A stretch of 64,000 nt of DNA from Bacteroidales bacterium (GTDB lineage Bacteria > Bacteroidota > Bacteroidia > Bacteroidales > F082), in contig WGCY01000020.1 in assembly GCA_015493525.1 (NCBI GenBank), positions 52,604 through 116,603 of the forward strand. The letters run 5' to 3'. This document shows positions 58,150 to 64,000 of this stretch, piece after piece. Under the pieces are notes generated by a model. It did not search any database. It saw only the letters and a program-made list of their open reading frames with translations, and was not told the DNA's origin. The stretch's first letter is position 1. Every line of letters starts with the position of its first letter. The position numbers and the translations under genes are program-made.

Positions 58150-59113
58150 CTTTTACCTTCAATTTAATTTCAGCCGACATGCCCGGAAGCAGGCCATACT
58201 TCAATGCTGTTTTCTTCACGGCCCTGACAGAAATTTTTACAGGAATGCGCTGGGTAACTTTTGTAAAGTTGCCCGAAGCATTGTCCGGAGGGATCAGGGA
58301 GAAAAGCGCAGCCGTATTGCTGCCTATCTGAAAGATCTTCCCCGTAAATTTTATGTCGGGATAGGCATCCACATGAATGCGCACCGTATCGCCCGGGGAA
58401 ACTTTCTCCAGGTCCGTCTCTTTCAGCATGGCGGTAACCCAGATGTTTTTCAAATTGTAAATGGTGAAAATCGTTTGTCCGGGAGCTACCACATCGCCGG
58501 CCAGTATCCATCTCCTGGCAATAACCCCGGAAATATTTGAATAGAGGCGCGTATGTGCCAGGCCGGTTTTAATCACCTGTATCTGTGTTTTCAAAGTGGT
58601 TATTTTGCCTTTTGCCATTTCATACTCCACGTTGGCCGCCTGCGATTGTTTCAGGATGTTGTCATACCTCGCACGGGGAATCACATTTCCTTTTACCTGT
58701 ATTTCAGCCCTCTGAAGATTAATCTGTGCCTGCTCCATCCTCACTTTTGCCAGGTCAATACCAAGCCTGGCAACACTTAACGATGTTTCGGCCTGGCTCA
58801 GGCGTGATTTCATGTCAGAAGAATCCAAAACAGCCAAAAGTTCACCTTTTTTAACCACATCCCCTTCATCGGCATACAAAGCCATCACACGTCCCATGAT
58901 TTGAGGGCTTAGGTTTAACTTGTTGGCCGTAATATAAGCATCATCCGTCTCTACGAAACCCGTCTTGCGGACATACCAATAAGCCGCAGATGCCAGCACC
59001 ATGATAATAAGGACGACACCTGTGATAAGGCTGCCTGTCTTTCTTTTCCTGTTCCGTTTCTCACCGGTCTTAAGCTCCTGTGGAATAACCCCTTTGTCAT
59101 TTTTCACATCCAT
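58124..59113 (-). CDS. HlyD/EmrA family membrane fusion protein
   Basis: N-terminal TM anchor, coiled-coil hairpin and lipoyl/beta-barrel segments (VETDDAYITANK). Confidence 0.87.
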   Translation of the reverse strand: MDVKNDKGVIPQELKTGEKRNRKRKTGSLITGVVLIIMVLASAAYWYVRKTGFVETDDAYITANKLNLSPQIMGRVMALYADEGDVVKKGELLAVLDSSDMKSRLSQAETSLSVARLGIDLAKVRMEQAQINLQRAEIQVKGNVIPRARYDNILKQSQAANVEYEMAKGKITTLKTQIQVIKTGLAHTRLYSNISGVIARRWILAGDVVAPGQTIFTIYNLKNIWVTAMLKETDLEKVSPGDTVRIHVDAYPDIKFTGKIFQIGSNTAALFSLIPPDNASGNFTKVTQRIPVKISVRAVKKTALKYGLLPGMSAEIKLKVKGDKGFTIW

Positions 59114-59128
59114 AATGCCCTTTGTGTT

Positions 59129-59551
59129 TTATTCAAAATTCATATATATCATTTTAAGCAGCGACTGAAGCTGCGCAACCTCCTCTTTGTTGAGGTTCGT
59201 GTGTAACTTATCGTACACCTCTTTGTATATGGCATCCAGCTCGCCGGCAAAAGCCCCGGCCTTTTCCGTAGCATAAACTTTAAATTCCCTTTTGTCGTTC
59301 GGGTTAATCGTTCTCGAAACATAGCCAAGTTGCATCAGCCTTTTTATGCCTTTGCTTACGGTCGCTTTGTCAAGCAGGAGGTTACGGACAATTTCTTCCT
59401 GCGTCGCCCCCTCGTTTTTCAGGATAAACCGCAAAAAGAAAAACTGGCCCACATCAAGGTCTTTGTCCTTCAGCTGCCTCGCCACATAATTGTATATCCC
59501 CTGACGAATACGGGCTATCAGCCGGCCTATTCCTGGTTCTTCATGCTGCAT
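59129..59551 (-). CDS. MarR family transcriptional regulator
   Basis: 140 aa with a winged-helix core (LDKATVSKGIKRLMQLGYVSRTINPNDKRE). It is the first gene of the efflux operon. Confidence 0.88.
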   Translation of the reverse strand: MQHEEPGIGRLIARIRQGIYNYVARQLKDKDLDVGQFFFLRFILKNEGATQEEIVRNLLLDKATVSKGIKRLMQLGYVSRTINPNDKREFKVYATEKAGAFAGELDAIYKEVYDKLHTNLNKEEVAQLQSLLKMIYMNFE

Positions 59552-59575
59552 TTTTACAAATCTTTTTCAATTTAA

Positions 59576-59632
59576 TAGTTTACCGGTAAACTAATTTGCA
59601 AAGTAAAACCATTTTAGTTTACCATGCAACTA
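59576..59632. promoter_or_regulatory. putative MarR operator: perfect 18-bp palindrome plus a degenerate second copy
   Basis: TAGTTTACCGGTAAACTA at 59576-59593, 25 nt upstream of the marR ATG. TAGTTTACCATGCAACTA at 59615-59632. Confidence 0.5.
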
Positions 59633-59904
59633 TTTTTTTATTCCTTTTATTCTCCCCCGAAGAGTTTCATGCCCACACCGAAGCAAAAATTATTTTTCTT
59701 TTTCGGGTGCCTTTCGGGCTGTCCGTTATAGCTCCCTCAGGGTTGCCGGGCATCTGTAGGCGGTGCGGGGTCTTCCTGCCGTCAGCCTCCGCCCGCCAAC
59801 AGTTGCCGCACACCCCTTTCGGCAGGCTGCCACTGCCATCCCGGGCACAAGCGAATACTCACGCAGGGATTTTGTTTTTTAAACTAAAATTCGTGCAATT
59901 TATT

Positions 59905-59942
59905 AGTAAAAAAACCGTTCCTCCGCGTTTGCAACGCGGAGG
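59905..59942 (-). terminator. rho-independent terminator downstream of the PfkB kinase
   Basis: CCTCCGCG-TTTGCAA-CGCGGAGG (59920-59942), followed on the minus strand by AACGGTTTTTTT. A degenerate second copy lies at about 59960-59981. Confidence 0.6.
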
Positions 59943-60023
59943 TGTTTTCGGTGAACTTCTCCTCGTTTGCAACGTGGAGGTATCTTCCCCGGATATTTGC
60001 CATGCCTTTTTCAAAACATGCAG

Positions 60024-60932
60024 TTACCCATTGTTTTGCGGAATGTAATTGTCCTTCGACCCACACACGGCTGCCGAAAAGGCGATGCCGTTGTCGAGGC
60101 AGGCCTCCAATTGGTCCGGAATGTCTTCACTTTTCAATTTCTCCTGCACCATTCGGGCTATGACACCGGCGTTAAAGCCATCGCCGGCACCGATGGTGCT
60201 GACCACTTTTATTTTTCGGGCCGGTTTTTGGATAAGTCGGTTTCCGTGGGCTGCCAGTGCTCCCCGTTCGCCGAGGGTAACAAAAACAACAGCCTCCGGG
60301 TTGATTTGCTGCAGGGAAGCAACATAACTTTCGGGCGTTTGCTCCCCGAAAATGACCCCAAAATCTTCGTCGGAACCTTTGATAATATCCGCCATTTTCA
60401 GGTTTTCAAAGAGGGCCTGCCGGCGCGTTTTGTCCGAAAGCTGCTCCGCCATTCGGATGTTGGGATCATACATGATGCGTGTCCCCGCTTTTTGTGCGGC
60501 CCAAAGTATTTTTTCAATCTCCGGCCGGATGGCCGGGTCCAGGGCATACAACGAACCAAACAGCAGGATATCGTCCGGCTTGAATCGCTCCGGCAAAAGC
60601 AGGTTTCGCTCAGCGGGGTAGTACTTTTTGAAAGTATAAGCCGGTTTTTTCCGTTCGTCCAGTCTGGCCAGTGCCACCGACGTGGGATGCCCCGGATATT
60701 GCCGGATAAATTTTGTGGTCACGCCGTTGTTTTTCAGAAACCGGACAAGGAAATCACCCATGGCATCATCGCCTGCTTCCGAAACCAGGGCGGTCTTTAT
60801 GCCGGCGCGCGCCAGCGAAACGGCCGCATTGAGCATGGCCCCGCCGGGATGGCCGAAAGCCAGGTACTCTTCCGGCTGAACTTCTTTTTCCGTCAGCACA
60901 TCCAGCAACATTTCGCCGAGGGTATAAACCAT
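60024..60932 (-). CDS. PfkB family carbohydrate kinase (fructokinase-like)
   Basis: N-terminal MVYTLGEMLLDV and the C-terminal anion-hole motif TIGAGDGFNAG. The ATG at 60932 is preferred over the ORF-track start 61034. Confidence 0.85.
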   Translation of the reverse strand: MVYTLGEMLLDVLTEKEVQPEEYLAFGHPGGAMLNAAVSLARAGIKTALVSEAGDDAMGDFLVRFLKNNGVTTKFIRQYPGHPTSVALARLDERKKPAYTFKKYYPAERNLLLPERFKPDDILLFGSLYALDPAIRPEIEKILWAAQKAGTRIMYDPNIRMAEQLSDKTRRQALFENLKMADIIKGSDEDFGVIFGEQTPESYVASLQQINPEAVVFVTLGERGALAAHGNRLIQKPARKIKVVSTIGAGDGFNAGVIARMVQEKLKSEDIPDQLEACLDNGIAFSAAVCGSKDNYIPQNNG

Positions 60933-61057
60933 GGTTGCGTATTTTTTTACAAAGATAAAAATTAGGTGATCGTCCTGCCCCGGATGCTGGTCAGGATTTG
61001 CAATCCTGACCCTTTGGATTAAAAGATTTTCCATCTGCTTTTTGCAGAGCCGAAAGT

Positions 61058-62299
61058 GTGATAACGGCAGACTGGTCCCTAAGGGCCAGTACCGGCCTTT
61101 TTGCTATTTTTGTGCAAAACAACGGGGCTGACAGCATGTATTACATTCATAAAGATTATCTCGGCTCGTATCAAACCATTACCGATAGTGCCGGCCAAGT
61201 GGTGGAAAGGTTGAGTTTCGATCCGTGGGGACGGCGGCGTAACGCGCAAACCTGGACTTTTAACAACGTGCCTTCTTCTTATTTGTTCGACCGCGGTTTT
61301 ACGGGGCACGAACACATGGACCATTTTGCGTTGATTAACATGGGAGGCCGTGTTTACGACCCGGTGCTGGGCAATTTCCTCAGCCCCGACCCTTTTGTGC
61401 AGGCCCCTGCCAACCCGCAAAACTACAACCGGTATGGGTACGCGTTGAACAACCCCCTCAAATACACCGACCCTACCGGTTACCAGACCGCTTCGGTGCC
61501 CGGCACCGTAAGCTGGCTCGGCGGTGGCGGCGGCTGGGGCGAAAGCGGCCGGGGATTTGGCGGTAATGTAAACTGGGATTATTTTGTGCCGAATACCTCT
61601 TGGCACCAGTATTATGGAAATTACGCTTACGACACCTATAGTTGGAGCACCGGATATTATGAACATCATACGATGGAGGGTGTGGAAACCATAAGTTATG
61701 AACAAGCCTATTCCCGTGATTTGATGCCTTATGCCAGCGAATTTTATTTTGGGGCTGCTGCGGGACAAAAGTATAAGGTAATGAAAAAGGCCTATTTGAA
61801 AAGGCAGAAACAAATTTTGGAGGAATTGGAATCAACTTCAGCCTTTCTACATGATTTGAATCAGGTCATAACAGAAGCAGGCGGTTATGGGATGATGTTT
61901 GATGGGCCGGGTGACCCGCCGGGAGGGGGTGAGGATACTTATATGGCAGGAGCTTTTGTTTTAAGTGGAGCAATGATTACGGATGATGTTACAGGAGTTG
62001 GTGTTTTTGATGATTTTGCAATTCCTTTTATTCTTATTGGGGGTTATGTTTTAGATAGAACTTTAAGTCCAAATTTAGAAGGAACACATGAAAGTTTAGG
62101 ATTTCCATTTAAAGAAGTCCATGGCTTTGATAATAAAAACCCGTTTAATAATGGCCCTAAAATGCCATCTTGGCTTAAGGCAGCAGTTTGGGCTGCAACT
62201 GGGGGTGGCCTTTATTATCAGTGGTATAAAGTAATTCATCCCAGAGGAACAAGACATACAAAAAAAAATACGTTAATCATTAATCCAAGTGGAAACTAA
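61058..62299 (+). CDS. orphan (5'-truncated) RHS repeat-associated core plus C-terminal toxin module 1
   Basis: YYIHKDYLGS, FDPWGRRR, GRVYDPVLGNFLSPDPF and NNPLKYTDPTGY form an RHS core, followed by a 270-aa tail. Only about 25 codons precede the core, with a stop at 61007-61009, and the start is GTG. Confidence 0.8.
   Translation: MITADWSLRASTGLFAIFVQNNGADSMYYIHKDYLGSYQTITDSAGQVVERLSFDPWGRRRNAQTWTFNNVPSSYLFDRGFTGHEHMDHFALINMGGRVYDPVLGNFLSPDPFVQAPANPQNYNRYGYALNNPLKYTDPTGYQTASVPGTVSWLGGGGGWGESGRGFGGNVNWDYFVPNTSWHQYYGNYAYDTYSWSTGYYEHHTMEGVETISYEQAYSRDLMPYASEFYFGAAAGQKYKVMKKAYLKRQKQILEELESTSAFLHDLNQVITEAGGYGMMFDGPGDPPGGGEDTYMAGAFVLSGAMITDDVTGVGVFDDFAIPFILIGGYVLDRTLSPNLEGTHESLGFPFKEVHGFDNKNPFNNGPKMPSWLKAAVWAATGGGLYYQWYKVIHPRGTRHTKKNTLIINPSGN
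61446..61546 (+). repeat. 101-bp direct repeat, copy 1 (spans the NNPLKYTDPTGY motif and a Gly-rich linker)
   Basis: Hand alignment to 62841-62941 gives 7 mismatches and no gaps. Confidence 0.85.
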
Positions 62300-62309
62300 A
62301 ACTTAAGTC

Positions 62310-62492
62310 ATGTACGATATTTTTAAAAAAATAAGTAATATATCTATTTTCATAATAATAGTATTATTCATTTTTATTTTTTTCTTTAATGATTTACTTC
62401 CAATTCAATATAGGAAGTCTTCATATTATATTTTTTTAGTCATGTGGTTAATTTTTCCGGTTACTGAGATAATGAAAAGGAGATCAAAATAA
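62310..62492 (+). CDS. tiny 2-TM protein, candidate immunity protein for toxin module 1
   Basis: 60-aa AT-rich ORF 10 nt after the toxin stop, with two hydrophobic helices. Confidence 0.45.
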   Translation: MYDIFKKISNISIFIIIVLFIFIFFFNDLLPIQYRKSSYYIFLVMWLIFPVTEIMKRRSK

Positions 62493-62494
62493 TT

Positions 62495-62710
62495 ATGCAA
62501 AAATTATCAAAGAAAATAAGATACTTTATCGCTTATAATATTCATCAAATTATTAGTATTGTTTTTGTTATGTCAATGATTTTTCTCGTTATTTCCAGAA
62601 TATTTGACTTCGAATCATGTTTTTTAGACTATCTTTTCTTCTTTTTACTAGGTGCAAACGTGTTTAGTTATGTTTATCGATGGAGTTTAAAAGTTTTAAA
62701 TCATACGTAA
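62495..62710 (+). CDS. tiny 2-TM protein, second candidate immunity protein
   Basis: 71-aa AT-rich ORF 2 nt after the previous stop, with two hydrophobic helices. Confidence 0.45.
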   Translation: MQKLSKKIRYFIAYNIHQIISIVFVMSMIFLVISRIFDFESCFLDYLFFFLLGANVFSYVYRWSLKVLNHT

Positions 62711-62839
62711 CTGTATTCAATCCCCCCCTCCTCCGCGTTTGCCTGCCCGACTGCGTCATTCAGGCGGGTACCGCGGAGCTTTCTTCCCGGTCATTTACCC
62801 TGCCTCTTTCAAAACCGGAAAATTCCGTAGTTTTGAGAT

Positions 62840-63751
62840 ATGAACAACCCCCTCAAATACACCGACCCCACCGGTTACCAAACTGCCGCGGCGCCCGGCG
62901 CCGTAAGCTGGCTCGGCGGTGGCGGCGGCTGGGGCGAAAGCAGCGGCTGGGGGAATGTTGGCCCGCACTGGTCGCACTATATGCCCAATGTGTTTAGTGA
63001 CCCTACGTATTATTACTACGACTCGCAAGGTTATTATCACAAAGGGACTTATTTTGGAGGCGATGAGATTGTTTCGTTTAATCAGGTTATGGATGAGTAT
63101 ATTTTGCCCAATGCCATTACCACAATGGTTTTTAGCGGTTCTGATAATAATCACTATCAATATTTTAGGGGGCTGTTCTTTTCAGATGGACAACGTTGGT
63201 ACGTTGAGGATGGCTTAAATGCATTGACTGCCATTATAAATGGTGCTAAAGGAAACCATGCTTTCAGGAATGCTAATTGCTCGGCCGGTGGAGGGAAGTC
63301 TATACCTTCCTCAATAAGTTGGGCAAATAACGGAGCAAGTATTGCTGCTTATGGTGCTACTGTAGTTGGAGGCAGTGTGGGCTTTGTGAAAAGTGCTGCA
63401 ACACTGCGATGGTATGCCAATGCTTGGAGGGGGAATCCATATGTTGAAACTTTAGATATTGCCAGAATAGGAAAAGGTTTGGGAATTAGCACTTCACTCT
63501 TGGGGGCTGGGATAGGTATTGTTAATTTTGTTTTATCTGATAAAAGTTGGGGCGATTATGGCCAATTGGGTGTTTCTCTGTTGTCTGCGGGGTTAACGTT
63601 AGATGGAATAACAGCACCTGCCGGCATAGGTTTAGGAATCGTTGATGCAGCAGGTGGCTTTAACAGCTTCTACAACGCTCTGGATATTGATCAGCAACTT
63701 TATAAAAATACCGGGATTATTATGTTACCACCTGTAAATGGAATTCCATAG
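62840..63751 (+). CDS. orphan Rhs C-terminal toxin module 2 (starts at the core cleavage motif)
   Basis: Begins MNNPLKYTDPTGYQTAAAPGAVSWLGGGGGWGES, with an in-frame stop at 62834-62836. It is homologous to module 1 for about 90 aa and then diverges into a Gly/Ala/Ile-rich tail. Confidence 0.72.
   Translation: MNNPLKYTDPTGYQTAAAPGAVSWLGGGGGWGESSGWGNVGPHWSHYMPNVFSDPTYYYYDSQGYYHKGTYFGGDEIVSFNQVMDEYILPNAITTMVFSGSDNNHYQYFRGLFFSDGQRWYVEDGLNALTAIINGAKGNHAFRNANCSAGGGKSIPSSISWANNGASIAAYGATVVGGSVGFVKSAATLRWYANAWRGNPYVETLDIARIGKGLGISTSLLGAGIGIVNFVLSDKSWGDYGQLGVSLLSAGLTLDGITAPAGIGLGIVDAAGGFNSFYNALDIDQQLYKNTGIIMLPPVNGIP
62841..62941 (+). repeat. 101-bp direct repeat, copy 2
   Basis: See copy 1 at 61446-61546. 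Confidence 0.85.
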
Positions 63752-63774
63752 TTCATTCCATAAAAAATATCACT

Positions 63775-64000
63775 ATGAATATTTATTATTATTTGTATTA
63801 TAAGCTATCCAGGGTTTTAAACAGAAAGGGCAAGAATGAAATGGGGGTATTTTCTGCCCAATCTTTTTTGATTTATATAAATATAATCATTATCTATATA
63901 AAGATCTTTCATGTAACAAAAGAAAATTTTAATAGTGGTTATAAAACAATCTTAATAATTATTGGGGCAATTCTTTTTATCACAAATTCTTTTTTATTTT
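63775..64000 (+). CDS. partial AT-rich membrane ORF, candidate immunity protein for toxin module 2 (runs off the window)
   Basis: ATG at 63775, open to the window end (75 codons). Translation is MNIYYYLYYKLSRVLN...SFLIYINIIIIYIKIF...ILIIIGAILFITNSFLF, with hydrophobic helices. Confidence 0.4.
   Translation, partial: MNIYYYLYYKLSRVLNRKGKNEMGVFSAQSFLIYINIIIIYIKIFHVTKENFNSGYKTILIIIGAILFITNSFLF

Noticed and set aside
59700-59880. Possible SRP (4.5S) RNA gene. On the minus strand, GTGCCCGGGATGGCAGTGGCAG resembles the 3' part of E. coli 4.5S RNA, and a CC-GAAA-GG tetraloop is present
   Set aside because: The invariant domain IV motif (GGAAGCAGCC-type 3' strand after the tetraloop) is absent. The order of the similar segments does not match an SRP hairpin. 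The region instead shares words with the dispersed repeat family.
59596-60048. 150-codon + strand ORF in the marR-kinase spacer
   Set aside because: The translation is Pro/Arg/Leu-rich without any motif. It runs through the repeat element and the terminator hairpins and into the kinase 3' end, so it is most likely non-coding.
62680-62997. 105-codon ORF bridging the cassette 1/cassette 2 boundary
   Set aside because: It is out of frame with the conserved NNPLKYTDPTGY reading frame. The Arg-rich translation is typical of a wrong frame through GC-rich DNA.
1-64000. Search for tRNA, rRNA, tmRNA and RNase P RNA signatures in ORF-free spacers
   Set aside because: No GGTTCGAATCC-type T-arm, no rRNA-like conserved blocks and no RNase P GAGGAAAGTCC motif were seen. 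Absence by eye is not proof, and a covariance-model scan would be needed.

Overview
This is a chromosomal segment of a Bacteroidota-type genome, judged from a SusC/SusD pair, TAnnTTTG-type -7 boxes and a murF-less mraZ-to-ftsZ cluster. About 57 protein-coding genes can be supported, and most are housekeeping. In order they are: tgt (partial), an LptF/G-family permease, hisS, hutH, a thioredoxin, SusC/SusD, and a PlsC-type plus GNAT-type acyltransferase pair of the glycine-lipid (GlsA/GlsB-like) kind. Next come engB, an acyl-CoA carboxyltransferase with a biotin carrier, iorBA, yjbQ, citrate synthase, monomeric isocitrate dehydrogenase, a PspC/LiaF-like pair, oligopeptidase B and an M23 peptidase. 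The complete division/cell-wall cluster (30.6-46.0 kb) follows, then yqeY, tsf-rpsB, rpsI-rplM, a GH31 glycosidase, a MarR-HlyD-MFS-TolC efflux operon and a PfkB sugar kinase. I saw no rRNA, tRNA, CRISPR array, transposase or integrase. Three things stand out. (1) The right end (61.0-64.0 kb) is a headless Rhs polymorphic-toxin locus. It has two orphan C-terminal toxin cassettes joined by a 101-bp near-identical repeat. Each cassette has an AT-rich, glycine/hydrophobic-rich tail of unrecognised family followed by tiny membrane ORFs, and no Rhs shell gene lies upstream. (2) An AT-rich islet (46.7-48.7 kb) carrying mazEF plus a COG1373-type AAA ATPase is wedged between the conserved yqeY and tsf-rpsB genes. 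(3) The intergenic spacers are unusually full of structured repeats. These include a purine-rich 140-215 bp tandem/dispersed element family (19.4, 51.8, 59.7 kb), a 14-bp palindrome family with compensatory changes, 7-mer and 14-mer tandem arrays, and a recurring CCTCCGCG hairpin. Protein family calls rest on motif recognition by eye, not on database searches. Repeat coordinates were hand-derived and may be off by a few bases.
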